Shown here: positions 12,506-25,994 of the stretch, in pieces
Position numbering within the stretch: position 1 is the stretch's first letter
Layout: each line of letters opens with the position of its first letter
Translations under genes and position numbers: made by a program
Notes under the pieces: model-generated
Databases searched by the model: none
Told to the model about the DNA's origin: nothing
Seen by the model: the letters and a program-made list of their open reading frames with translations, nothing else
Assembly (NCBI RefSeq): GCF_006345805.1
Contig: NC_043011.1
Coordinates: 35,972,464 to 36,036,463, forward strand
DNA length: 64,000 nt
DNA from: Octopus sinensis
Lineage: Eukaryota
Direction: 5' to 3'

Positions 12506-13761
12506 AAAGCTTAAACAACAACTATGATACCAATGCATTAGAGAGTCAGCTTAGAAATATTTTACAGTACGTAGCTGAGTTCTTAACAATTTAGTTACCA
12601 AATTCTACAACGAATTAAACCCCGCAGAGCAGAACAGAATAAATACCAACAATACAGTGGTAAAATTTGATGTTGAAATGAATTGGTTCTTTATGTACAC
12701 TTCGCACATAAAGATCCATTGTGAAGGTGACAGTAATTCTGAAATATAAAATTGTTCTAGAGTTCTCACGATTAGATTAATGGCCTTATTCTTACAAGTT
12801 ATAAAGATAACTTTTACAAAAGATAATTCCACGTTGTCAAATGGAGACATTTTTGTTCTTCAAAAGTGATATTAAAACAATTTTACGTTCTTAATACTTT
12901 ATATTTATACCAAAGATTACATGAGTGAATGAGCTAGCCTCTAGGTAGTCGATCGGTCTGCTAGAAATAGATCTCGAATCTCGCCGAAGTCACAGTTTAG
13001 TGTCTAGAAATAAAAGAAAACAAATACAAGAGTGTAAGATAAGTTATGTCTGATGGAGGGGTCATGTTTAGAATGCTGGTCAGTATGGTGGCTCTGCTCG
13101 GTCTGTAGTTACCTGGTTCTAAACAAGGACTTTGAAAATTTTCACTGGTATTTCAATTCCTCATTCAGAATTCTCATCACTCCATCCAAACACTCAAATT
13201 CACCACATCATAACAGATTGTGGGAGACAACAACGTCCAGCCTGCAAAGACATAACTCTCACGCAAAGAGACGAAATTTTCTTTTTCTATTTTAAAGATA
13301 TTAAAGATATTTGAAGGGCTCTAATTATATACAAAATCTGTTCTGACACACGTAGCTCCGGCAAGAACAAACCTTAGCACTTCCGTCCATACATACATAG
13401 AGATACACTAACAACACGTGATAGTAGAGCCAAACCAGCGCCTGGCTTAACACTACCACTCTAGCCCGTTGTTACTTTTAGTTGAGACTATTGCACTGCT
13501 AATATACAGACCAATAACTGACGTCCTTTCCTCTATTAGTTATGGAGTCTCCAGAATGGTCGTGTCACGGCTGCTGCCCTTGCTTCATTAATTAACCCAT
13601 AAACGAAGAAACCTATGGCAAACTCTGGAACAGTTCATTCCAGTTGTTTTCAGACTTTTACACTTCGTGGTATACTGGACATTAAATAAAGATTACTGGT
13701 GACTTTGCATGAGAAGTTATAGAAATAAAAATAACCGTTTTAAAATAAGATACACAGTAAA

Positions 13762-14100
13762 AGGTGCAGGCATGGCTGTGTTGTAAGAAGCTTGCCTCCC
13801 AACCACATGGTTCTGGGTTCAGTCCCACTGTGCGACGCTTTGGGCAAGTGTCTTTTATTGTAGCCTTGAGCCGACCAAAACCTTGTGAGTAAATTTGTTA
13901 GAAAATGAAAGAATCTTGTAGCATGTGTGTGTGTGGCTGTCCTCCAACCACCACTTGACAACCGGTGTTGGTGTGTTTACGAACTGTAACTTAGCGGTTC
14001 GGGAAAAGATATCGATAGAATAAGTACCAGGCTTAGCAAAGAAAACAAGTATTGTGGTCTATTCATTCGACTAAAATTCTTGAAAGTCGTACCCCAGCAT
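13762..14100 (+). mobile_element. tRNA-derived SINE family B (CORE-like TTGGGCAAGTGTC motif, internal TG/TA microsatellite)
   Basis: A box TGGCTGTGTTG, B box GGTTCAGTCCC, shared body with many copies in the window. Confidence 0.85.
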
Positions 14101-14234
14101 GTAAAACATAAACAAAAATATCTAAAAATAATCTTATTATTTTGAAGCACTTTCAAGGTCACAAATGAGTACTTCGCGATGGCGCGACTCTATACTGTTT
14201 GCAATACTTGAGGTCCTATTTAACTTAATCAATA

Positions 14235-14592
14235 TCTATAAAGCTGGAATCAAAGTATTTTGATTTCTTGGTTATTTGTCTCATTTTGGGATAGGAACGG
14301 ATTGGCGCCAAAATTTACAGTGGGAGAAAAAAATGGGGTGGAAAATGGTGTGAGGAGGGTTGCAAGTCGCTCGGGACTACCGTTTGGTTGCCATGGTGAG
14401 GAATATGGGAAAAATTGAGTTTCAAAGACGGTAAAGACGAAGAAAAAATTTTAAAAATAAGAAGAAAAAGAAGAGGGCAATAAAAAGAACCAGGCGAAGA
14501 AGGCGAACAAAAGAAGAAAGGGAAAAGGAGACAACGCGCGCAAAACAACAACACCACCAAAACCCGAGCGAAGCACGGGTCAAAATAGCTAG
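14235..14592 (+). mobile_element. Non-autonomous Helitron-like element
   Basis: 5' A|TCTATAAAG; 3' hairpin ACCCGAGCGAAGCACGGGT, then CTAG|T; no TSD. Confidence 0.6.
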
Positions 14593-14607
14593 TATTCCCC
14601 CCCAAAA

Positions 14608-15239
14608 TACGAGATTTGATTAATAAGTATCTGGACTGTTGCTATAGTAATGAAGCTAAAGCACGCAGAGTAAAGCCGCTCGGCAAGAATTGACCTTAAG
14701 CACCGTTGTGCATGCGCACGAAGTTCTAATGTTCTAGCTCACTTCTCCTGTTTACAGCAATGCTTGGAAGGAAGGCGTATGACAGAGAAAGTTGTCATAG
14801 CGATACATGATTAGAGGCCTAAATAGAGTTGAAGAAAGTGTATGGAGAGGAGTGTATGAGCCGCACACAAGCATACGAGTGGTTGAGACGTTTCCAAGAT
14901 GGCCTAAAAAATGTTGATACTGACGAACGTTCTGAGAGACCCGCAACCAGCGGAACTGAGGAAAACATTGCAGATGTGCGTGCAAGAGTGAGAGGAAATC
15001 GTCGAATCACCATCCGTGAGTTATCAGAAGATGTGCAGATTAGTTACGGTTGAGTTCAGTCCATAATCACTGAAGAGTTGTATATGAGATTTGTGTCTGC
15101 CAAGTTTGTACCAAAACTGCTTTCCACTGACCATACACAGCAAAGTTTAAGGTCAATGTGTGTCAAGTGGCTCCACTCTACGTGCTTTAGCTTCGTTACT
15201 ATAGCAAAATTCCGGATACTTATTGATCAGATCACGGTA
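14608..15239 (+). mobile_element. Internally deleted mariner element
   Basis: About 60-bp imperfect TIRs with TA ends; transposase remnant MSRTQAYEWLRRF..GRPAT-like..RRITIRELSE..VSAKFVPKLL; no DDD domain. Confidence 0.9.
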
Positions 15240-15399
15240 TATATAAATATATCTTGCCTTATTAATAACATTTGTGAAAAATTATGAAGTATTAACATTC
15301 ATCAGACACTCAAGCATTATTGTGCATTTTCTCAAAAATTCAATTACATTTTTGAAAACATTGGCACTGGTACAACCGTGTGCCTAAGAATTTCTCTCT

Positions 15400-15540
15400 G
15401 CGACCATATGTCTTCGGGTTCAGTCAAATGCCCAGCATCTTGAGCAAGTGACTTCTACTATAGCTGCAGACCAACCAATGCCCTGTGACAGAATTTGGTA
15501 GATGGAAACTTTTTAGAAGTCGACGTATATTGGCATATAT

Positions 15541-15598
<58 letters not shown>

Positions 15599-15835
15599 TT
15601 ATTTATTTATTTATATATTTATTTATATGTGTGTGTATGCACGTGTCTGTGCTTGTCTTCTCACCACTTGACAACCAATTGATTCTTTTATACCTTCGTA
15701 ACTTAGATCGACAGAATAAGTACCTGACTTTTATTTTTTTAAATAGGTAATGGGATCCATTTGTTCGACTAAACCCGTCAAAGAGGTGTCCCAGCATGGC
15801 CACAGTTCAATGACTGAAGCAAATAAAAGGATAGA
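15400..15835 (+). mobile_element. SINE family B (diverged)
   Basis: GGGTTCAGTC, TTGAGCAAGTGAC, internal (CA)(TA) repeat, tail CCAGCATGGCCACAGT. Confidence 0.8.
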
Positions 15836-15940
15836 TGAATCTGTGGTGCGCCGTCACAGAATCATTGACCAATTTCCTAAAGAAAGAAAGCAAAAATCAA
15901 ACAAACAAACAACGAACGTATACCCAGGTACACCACAATA

Positions 15941-16272
15941 TTTCGATTCCCAGACCGGGCGTTGTGAGTGTTTATTGAGCGAAAACACCTAAAGCTCCAC
16001 GAGGCTCCGGCAGGGATGGTGGTGATCCCTGCTGTACTCTTTCACCACAACTTTCTCTCACTCTTACTTCCTGTTTCTGTTGTACCTGTATTTCAAAGGG
16101 CCAGCCTTGTCACTCTCTCTGTGTCACGCTGAATATCTCCGAGAACTACGTTAAGGGTACACGTGTCTGTGGATTGCTCAGCCACTTACACGTTAATTTC
16201 ACATGCAGGCTGTTCAGTTGATTCGGATCAACCGGAACCCTCGTCGTCGTAACCGACGGAGTGCTTCCATCC
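15941..16272 (+). mobile_element. tRNA-derived SINE family C, 5'-truncated
   Basis: Near identical to 61255-61635; imperfect TSD ACACCA(C/G)AATA. Confidence 0.9.
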
Positions 16273-16504
16273 ACACCAGAATAGTGACATAATTGATTTC
16301 CACTAAAAGGCTTCATGACGCCAATGCTGGTTTGGTAGACGCCATATATTTTACCATACTGACTAAACGCTACTATTCGTACGTCACATTTAAAAATAAA
16401 TAAGATATGAATTTAGGCTGTAAAAAGTCCTGGTACTCGTCTCTCCGCGAAGAATTCCCACCGATGCTAGAATGTATAAATGAATATAATGAAGCTTAAC
16501 ATGT

Positions 16505-17005
<501 letters not shown>

Positions 17006-17361
17006 AAAGTACTCTGCATATGTTAGAATGTTGTTTAATGTTGCAGTTTTACGAAGTAGAGTTGTTTGTTGAACGCAGCCATGCGACCCTCTTTCAAAGT
17101 GATAAACTGGAAGGTCACTATTGGAAAATATTTGATCATATTTCTCTCAGACACAGACCCAGGTGAGAAGTTCAGAGGAGCCGTCACAGATTTGGACCAG
17201 CGGAAACGTCTTTGCTATTCATGATAATAAGACTCCTTAACCTCGACTCATTGTGACCCCTTTCATATCTAAGGACAGGTTATAGTGGATTGAAATAATC
17301 TCTGTACTTAAATAGTATTTTAACTGTCCGAAGGATGAAAGATAAAGATGGTTTTAATACA

Positions 17362-18558
17362 GTTATATATTTAAGAGATGAGGAATTATGTACATTATTT
17401 ACATCTGACGGATATTTGTACTCATCAAGTGTCTTGGGAAATTATCGAACCTAAGGTATTTTTTGATTATTATTATTATCGAACTCGGAATCTGGGGGTT
17501 AGTCGCCCGCCCTTTTAACCACTACGCCATATGCCCATCGACAATAATGGAGTGAATTTTAGGGCTTATAAATCTAATATTTTCCTATCCTTCCTTAGTA
17601 CCGGTTCCCACATGCTACTCATATCTGCACTCGATCTGTCCTAGCATATGTGATGTTTCTTTTAGCTTTCGTATTTTCCAGTGATGTTCTCTGTCTATTA
17701 TTTTAACTTCATCCCACAGGGGCAGGTGGTTTCCAATTTTTCCATACATGATCAGCTACAACCGATTTATCAATATCTCCTCGTGTCACAGCTTTGCGAC
17801 GTTCGTCTACACTTATTTTGAGGGGGCAGCGTGTTTCACCTTTGTATAACCTACCACAGCTGCATGGGATGGAGTACACGCAGTCTTTGGTCATATTCTC
17901 TTCTATTGGTGGTTTTACTCGCAGGAGATATTTGCAAAGTGTTGTATTGCTCTTGAATACTGTCCTGATGTCATATGGGCTGCATATCTTTCGTATTTTT
18001 TTGGAGAGGCCTTTCACATAGGGTAGACAGACTGTGGATAGTTTCTTGAATAGTATTTTGGGGGGATAGTTGTTGCTTAGTTGATTGTTATTGAGCTTGA
18101 ACATTTCTTCGTGGTGTGTATCACGATCGTTGCTTATATTCTTTGCTCGATGTTTTAGGTACTGAGCAATTCATCCCTTTACACAACAACCTCCTAAGCA
18201 AACCGAGTGCAGATATGAGTAGCATATGGGAACCCGTATTAAGGAAGGATAGGAAAGTATAAGATTTATAAACCCTAAAATTCACTCCATTATTGCCCAT
18301 GGACATATGGCGTAGTGGTTAAAAGCTCGGGCTACTAACGCCGAAATTATGAGTTCTATTCCACGCAGTAACCTGAATAATATTAATAATAATATTAATA
18401 ATAATATTAATAATAATAATAACAACGAAAAATACGTTAGGAATGAGAACCCAGGTTCGAAATTTCCCCAAGACACTTGATGAAGGCTGGAGAGTATGTC
18501 AGCCGAAAAGTTGTGTTAACAACTAACAAGATGAGGACAAATATCCGTCAAATGTAAA
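17362..18558 (-). mobile_element. Penelope-like element, 5'-truncated with inverted terminal arm
   Basis: GIY-YIG remnant (CVYSIPCSCGRLYKGET, SVVADHVWK, LWDEVKIIDREHHWKIRKLKE); 17362-17637 is the reverse complement of 18203-18558. Confidence 0.9.
17560..18172 (-). pseudogene. Penelope-type linker plus GIY-YIG endonuclease remnant
   Basis: KHRAKNIS..NNYPPKI..VCLPYVKGLSKKIRKI..VYSIPCSCGRLYKGET..SADMSSMWEPVLRK, with frameshifts. Confidence 0.88.
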
Positions 18559-18854
18559 GATGGCTTTCCTCAGTGAGATTAAAACAGACAATGCTGCACA
18601 ATATTCTAATATCATAAAAATAATCGTCCTTATTTCTATTTGTGGACACATGGCCATTCTTGAATAAATTCAAAAGCATATTAGATGATTCCAAGAAAAG
18701 AGCGAATAGTTGGCCTCAGTACTTAATTGTTACTTTATTTATCGACCCCAAAATGATGACAAGCTGTTGTTTTATCTGATTCCCTGACGACTCTGCCCAT
18801 TCGCCATGGTCACCGTAGTATTTATCAGTGTATATCGATTTCAAATTTTGACTC

Positions 18855-19035
18855 TTCAAAGGAGTCAGTCGATTACATCGAACCCCAATGCTCAACTGGT
18901 ACTCTTTTTACCGACTCGGAAAGGATGAAAGGCAAAGTTGACCTCGGCGGCATTTTAATTCAGAACATAAGGACAAATGAAATATCGCTAAGCAGTTTGA
19001 CCGGTGTGCTAACAATACTGTCAGCTCGCCGCCCA
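18855..19035 (-). mobile_element. SINE family A (diverged)
   Basis: GATGAAAGGCAAAGTTGACCTCGGCGG body and head. Confidence 0.75.
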
Positions 19036-19458
19036 ATATTTTCTTATAATATATTATTCAAAATGTTATTTGCGGGGATCTATTACGCATTTACTAAAAA
19101 TATACTTAAACAATACTTTAGTGTATGCGTCTACCTAAGTAAATACGATTAAAAACTGATAGTTAACAGATAGGTTTTTCTTTAAACGATCGTCATAATT
19201 GTTTGAGGTCACAATTTACAAACAATGAATAAATCATTGCAAAGAGACAGTATCAGCTGCAACATGCCAGTTCCGTTTTCCTTTAATTAAGTGTATTAAT
19301 ACTGCAGCAATATATATATTCCTATAGATTAGTACAATTACAAGATTTCCCAGAAGAAATGATAGGTTTCTTTTTATTTTGGGGAAAAAAAATAACGGTA
19401 TCCTATCGGTACAAAAAAAAATATTTTTCGAGTTTTGTAGAATACATTTAGCAATATG

Positions 19459-19470
19459 ATATATATATAT

Positions 19471-19553
<83 letters not shown>

Positions 19554-19571
19554 GTATGTATATATATAGAT

Positions 19572-19626
<55 letters not shown>

Positions 19627-19650
19627 GTATACATCTATCTATGTATATAC

Positions 19651-19689
<39 letters not shown>

Positions 19690-19699
19690 ATATATAATA

Positions 19700-19731
<32 letters not shown>
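19459..19731. repeat. (TA)n microsatellite
   Basis: Direct reading. Confidence 0.95.
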
Positions 19732-20006
19732 GAGAATGACAGCAGCCTCGGCATCAGCATCAGTGGAAGTTGGGGGTACTCTCTGTGTACATTTATGATG
19801 TTTGTTGCAAGCCATATTGAAGTGAAGAGAACAAAAGACAGATCAAAATATAACTCAGATAGTAGTAATACTAATATAACTTTACAAGCACCGGCAACAG
19901 CAACAACATTGACAAGATCAACTGTAAAACAATAATAAGTGAGGTGTGAGTCGGGGCGGAAAACATCAACTTCAAAGAGGGCATCCAAAGTATAAATAAT
20001 AATAAC

Positions 20007-20066
<60 letters not shown>

Positions 20067-22264
20067 AATAATAATAAAATTCATGAGTGAATTTCTCAAA
20101 ATGAATGAATCAATTGATATTTGGCACGGTCAAGCATAAAGAGACTAGCTTTAACTTATGGTTCAATTGAGAAACCGTATTTTTATAACATAGCAATGCT
20201 TCTGGTTGTCAAAAAAAAAAATCAGCTAATGGGATGATAAAAAAAAACAACAACAGCAACAAGACTACCAGCAACAAACCCCCCAGCAAAAAACAGAAAC
20301 AGAAGCAGCAAAATAGAAATAAAGAAGAGAGGAGCAAAGAAAGGAAAGGAAGTGGTAAAGGTAAAGGATAAATGAAATGAAAGAATTCCCAAATCAAGTG
20401 AATGGCATTTGCTCTGTAATTGAATTGAATAATACTGCAAATGCTTTCAAATTTTGATATTGCTTGTAGCTCTACCTTATCAATCTGTTGTCGTTTTTGT
20501 TGTTGGCTTTTTTGTCTTTTCTTTTCCGGATTGATATTTCATAGAGAAGGCTGCTTGACTCACTAACTTAATTTTATTTATTTATTTATTTATTTATTTC
20601 TTTTGTTTCTTTCCTGAAAACCAGAGGGAAATAGCGTAAAATCTTCTGGTTTTGTCCGAGCGGAGAGCTTTGGTTTGATATTTTAATGTAACTCGCCAGT
20701 TGTAGTACTGACTCTTATTGTATTGACCTGTCCTGTTTATTAATGTTGATGGTGCTGGTAGTAGCTGTAGTCAAAGTGGTGGTGGTGGTGGTGATGGTTC
20801 GGTAGTAGTGGTGGTGGTGATGGTTTTGGTAGTAGTTGTGGTTGTGGTGGGTGGAATTGTAATAATAAACTCTGTTTTTATTAGTTACGAAAAACTGAGA
20901 GGATATTTCGAAATTGAGGTGTTATTGATCTTCATGTCTCTTTGTTTTTCTTTGTTGCTATTGTTTGGTGTTATAATAGTTATTCTAGCCATTGTTATAT
21001 TAGTGGCATTGTTGATCAGCTGGCGGTGTTGGTGTAAGTGGCGATGGTGTATGATGGTGGTGGTAGTGGTGGTGATGTGACGTTGCTGCCATGCAATGTT
21101 AAATCTTATGGTTACTGTCCTTTCTAACTATTATTGAGGAAGACAGACCTTTGTTGTATTGTGTTCGTGTTCGTTGATACAGGTGTTTGTAGTTATACGT
21201 ATCGTCATTAATGAAAAAAAAAAATCTGTGGTTTTGATGTTGTTGTTATGGCTGTGGTTGTTGTTGTTAATGTTTATATTGTTATAAGTGGATACATTGA
21301 CTTCCATGGTTCGGCAAACCGAAGTTGTTCTTTAACTCGCTGATTATGGAAAATAGCTTGCTATCAATTGTGTTTCTTTCAGGTTTTATAAACGATATTC
21401 GCTCAAATGGTGCAGAATCTGAAGGTGTCATCTGACCCCAAAATGAAGAGCGCACCTCCTTTTATTCCGTATTCCCAATGTAAATTGCCTATTACACGTG
21501 TATGTTTTTGATATCAGTTATTTCTCGATCCAGTAACAATAAAATATAATGGGCGTAAGGTTATGGTTCTTGGCTACTGACCACATAGTTTCGATCCCAA
21601 ATTTTAATACATTCATGTTATACACTTGCGCAGAGTACGTAATATCTTCTTGATTCATATTACCTCACAGGCAAAACATTTGAGAATCGTACTTTATGGT
21701 TAGGTAGTTAGCAATAAAATATGCATTTAGGCTAAAACAAATTACGATCCTCGACTTCCTCAAAAGAATTCTCCCTGGCCCTATGCTAGGATGGATAAAT
21801 GGATATAACAAAAATTGAGAAAAACAGAATACGTTTATTGAAAATAAAGGATTGTGAAGTCAATCACGAATGCAACGATATATACATCTCAATGATGCCT
21901 GATTGAACGTATGTAGCGTGAAACATCGAATGGCAACAGAGAGAGAGAGAGAGAGAGAGAGTGAACAACTGATATCTAATACAAAAAAATATCAACTCTT
22001 TATTTTGTATTGCGTACTCTCCGTTTGTAAACAAACACGTGTCTGTGTGTGCCCGCGTTTGTCTGTATATTAACGGTTCCAGTCATTACTTGCAGCTATT
22101 CTGGGCTGTGAGTGTGTATATATCGTTTACGTCAAAAGAACTTAGAAACTCCGAAAGGCGTGTAGTAATTCCCTTTTAACGGTGGATCTCGAAGTAGATA
22201 AAGCTATACATAACAGCGTGTAGATAATGTGTTGGGAAAACTTTAAATTTCTCTCTCTATTCTC

Positions 22265-22280
22265 TGTATATGCATATATA

Positions 22281-22344
<64 letters not shown>

Positions 22345-22488
22345 ATATGTATATATATATATATATGTATACACTACACACACACACACACATATATATA
22401 TACATATATATATACATATACATATATATATTATATATATATACATATATATATATATATACAATATATATATACATATATAATATAT

Positions 22489-22520
<32 letters not shown>

Positions 22521-22540
22521 CAATATATATATATATATCG
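22265..22540. repeat. (TA)n/(CA)n microsatellite
   Basis: Direct reading; source of several IYIY ORFs. Confidence 0.95.
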
Positions 22541-22689
22541 TAGGTAATATAACTCCAAACTTACAGGGAAAAATTCAACTTAGCAATTCCAATCAAAATT
22601 CACAATATATAATATATGTATATAATTAAGAGAAATAACCTCGATTAAGTAATTCAATAGTGAAAGACTTTATCTATATCATGCAGAAA

Positions 22690-22782
22690 AGTTCCACGCA
22701 GTGGGACTGAACCCGGAATTATGTGGTTGGGAAGGAAGCAAGCAAACTTCTTACCATACAACTGCACCTGTGCCTTAATTAT
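22690..22782 (-). mobile_element. SINE family B head fragment
   Basis: CCACGCAGTGGGACTGAACCCGG; inverted copy at about 24570-24665. Confidence 0.75.
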
Positions 22783-22789
22783 ATGTACA

Positions 22790-22857
<68 letters not shown>

Positions 22858-23154
22858 AGACGATTGATTAATACAAATGGATCTGAGGCATAGTATTCGA
22901 TGCAGCAGTTGCTGTTCTTTTATCAGCCCCAGTTCATCTCCGATTAAGATCTATCATTATTGACATTCGAAAAATGGCCATCCTGTCTTTTTTGTCAGGC
23001 ATTGTGTATTTAACAGTATATTATAAAACGTATCTGTCCTCATTTCTTTTAAATGGTAGGGTGTGCTATAAGGGATATTTGGTAGTTATTTCTAGCACAT
23101 TGTTCGTCCATGTTGAGTTTCCTTTGTCGGCTCACGAGAACATCTATTCTTTAG

Positions 23155-23198
23155 AGATAGGAGAAACATCAACGCTTTGTGTGTTGCTTATGCCCGAG
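23155..23198 (+). CDS. Candidate internal exon (DRRNINALCVAYAR), gene unknown
   Basis: Acceptor TTCTTTAG, strong donor GAG|GTAAGT, open frame; no homology recognised. Confidence 0.3.
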
Positions 23199-23214
23199 GT
23201 AAGTAAGTTATACA

Positions 23215-23448
23215 TTGAAGGCGGTGAGTTGGCAGAATCGTTAGCACGCCGGGCGAAATGCTTAGCGGAATTTCGTCTGCGTTACGTTGTGAGTTCTAAT
23301 TCCGCCGAGGTCGACTTTGCCTTTCATACTTTCGGGGTCGATAAATTAAGTACCAGTTACGCACTGGGGTCAAAATAATCGACTTAATACCTATGTCTGT
23401 CCTTGTTTGTCCCCTCTATGTTTAGCCCCTTGTGGGTAATAAAGAAAT
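23215..23448 (+). mobile_element. SINE family A, full length, 18-bp TSD
   Basis: TSD AGGTAAGTAAGTTATACA at 23197-23214 and 23449-23466; A and B boxes present. Confidence 0.95.
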
Positions 23449-24792
23449 AGGTAAGTAAGTTATACACGGTCTTCAGATCTTTTTTTCAGTAGACAGAAAA
23501 TTGTGAACAGCTTTGTTTTCTCTCACATGTTTTTCATAAATATATTCAGACAACAGGTCGATTTACCGCATAACCTTCATGTAATTACTAATTCTGTTTC
23601 GAAAAATACCCAGCTTCTTTTTTCGGGTGAAGGACAAGTTGAATGATGTAAGACTTAATCTTTCAGTTGGACACATTTTTATACTCGATATCAACTGCAG
23701 ACCTTCTTTTTTCAAAATGCTTCTCCCATACACTGATAATCGCCCCATTCTCTACCCATCCACCATACACTCATATTATGATGCGTTTTATCTCTGAAAA
23801 TAAGACTAAATGATAATAACTTTTACGCTTTGGACCTAGATCTACAACATGAGATCTGACTTAGAACTAAGCAACAACAATATAGAAATGCTTTTTAATT
23901 TGGTTACAGAACCAGTAATTAAAAGAGGAGGGTTATTAATCGATCCAAGCACATCCATCGAACCGGTATATTATTTTATCAATCACGAAGGGAGGAAAGA
24001 CAAAATGATCTCAGCGGGACTTGAACATAGAACGTAAAAGACCTGAACAAATAACGTAAGGAGCTTTCCGACAATCTGACGAGTCTACCAACAAGATTTC
24101 CAAATAAACATTTCTATAGTTCATTGAAAAGAGACGTAGATCACATATTCAATTAGATGGTGATCGTATATTTTCAATCGACCAGCAGATATGTCATGCT
24201 TTAAATCCCATCTGGCGTCATGTTACAAAATCTATTAAAGTGAGCTTGATAATGCACGGTGCAGAATGATACTTTACAATATCTACTGTTAAGGTCAAGT
24301 TTAAAATAATGATGGACATAAGATAGATCAGTTTGCTTTGTGGGGCCCATAAATGTGGTGTGTTGTTGTTGTTAAAGAATTTGATGTCAGCCACAGTTTA
24401 AGCACTTTACAATTAAAAGTTTCCAATCTCTATATCCTCTGTTTTTTTTTCAGGAATAGCGCCAGTAGCAGCTATAAAATTTAAGGTGTCATGATGGTTT
24501 GTGTTTTGAGTGGAATTTGCATATCTCTGGCACGGATAACGATTAACTAACAGGGTTAACCTAGGGCTATATAATTAAGGCACAGGTGTAGTTGTATGGT
24601 AAGAAGTTTGCTTGCTTCCTTCCCAACCACATAATTCCGGGTTCAGTCCCACTGCGTGGAACTTTTCTATATGATATAGATAAAGTCTTTCACTATTGAA
24701 TTAACGGTGGATCTCGAAGTAGATAAAGCTATACATAACAGCGTGTAGATAATGTGTTGGAAAAACTTTAAATTTCTCTCTCTATTTCTCTG

Positions 24793-24826
<34 letters not shown>

Positions 24827-24831
<5 letters not shown>

Positions 24832-25396
24832 AAATCAAATTGCGATAAAATAAAAATAATTATAATCGCTGGTATTACTAACACAAGCCATATATTTTTC
24901 ATATATCAGTACATTAAGGCGAAATATGTGCTAGGAATACAGAAGCTTGATAAATTAAGTGAAATGAAGATAAAAACATTTACTAAACCGGTAATTCTCA
25001 GACTGCAGTTCTTTCTTTCATCAATAAAGATAATTTATTTGCTCAGGGAGAATTCTTCAGTGAGACCCTGTTTTTCTGGGATCCTAACTCACTAGAAGCA
25101 TGTGCGTCTAATGATTTACTCTCCCTAACTAATCATATCACTGCGCAGACTCCAAACGTCCCGACAAAACTAGGGAATTCTGGTATATCGCCTGGCGCTC
25201 ATAATTTATCGAGAAATATGTAAACAAATCAAATTGCGATAAAATAAAAATAATTATAATCGCTGGTATTACTAACACAAGCCATATATTTTTCATATAT
25301 CAGTACATTAAGGCGAAATATGTGCTAGGAATACAGAAGCTTGATAAATTAAGTGAAATGAAGATAAAAACATTTACTAAACCGGTAATTCTCAGA
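24827..25396 (+). repeat. 176-bp identical direct repeat (24827-25002, 25221-25396) around a 218-bp spacer
   Basis: Direct sequence comparison. Confidence 0.92.
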
Positions 25397-25451
25397 TAAT
25401 ATATATATTAATTCTCGGTAATATATATCTATATATATATATATATATATA

Positions 25452-25517
<66 letters not shown>

Positions 25518-25772
25518 GGTTACTCTACTTCGCATTCATTTTATTGACCCCTCCCCCCAGACACATTTGCTACAAGTATTTCACCCTGGTCTTCACTCCT
25601 CTTTTACGCTTCTCTCAGTCTTAAAGGCTTGGTCGGGAAAATAGATGCTGCCCGTCTTATTCTATTTAAACCACGAGAAAAATGTAAATAGAGCATCCTT
25701 TCTCTCTTCAGACTAAACATTTCACCCAATCCTTCTTTCTCGAACTTCAATAACTCTAAACTACCTTATATG

Positions 25773-25940
25773 GTTCTATATTTAAAAGATGAGGAATTAT
25801 GTACATTGTTTACATTTGACGGATATTTATCGTCATCTTGTTTATTGCTAACACAACGTTTCGGCTGATACCCTCTAGCCTTCATCAGGTGTCTTGGGGA
25901 AATTTCGAACCTGGGTTCTCATTCCTAAGGTATTTTTCGA

Positions 25941-25994
<54 letters not shown>

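Noticed and set aside
12605-13295. ORFs of 80 aa with protein-like composition
   Set aside because: Both strands read equally plausibly and lengths are within chance expectation
19731-19935. ENDSSLGISISG resembling a PDZ binding loop
   Set aside because: No usable acceptor (preceded by a TA repeat) and the rest of the frame is not PDZ-like
22140-22200. Possible hammerheads at CCGAAAGGCGTG (22151) and TCGAAACACGTG (31593)
   Set aside because: No upstream CUGANGA core
22974-23378. 134-aa ORF, and similar ORFs at 43231, 53203, 61337, 63006 and 63612
   Set aside because: Mostly or partly read through SINE sequence; no independent coding signal
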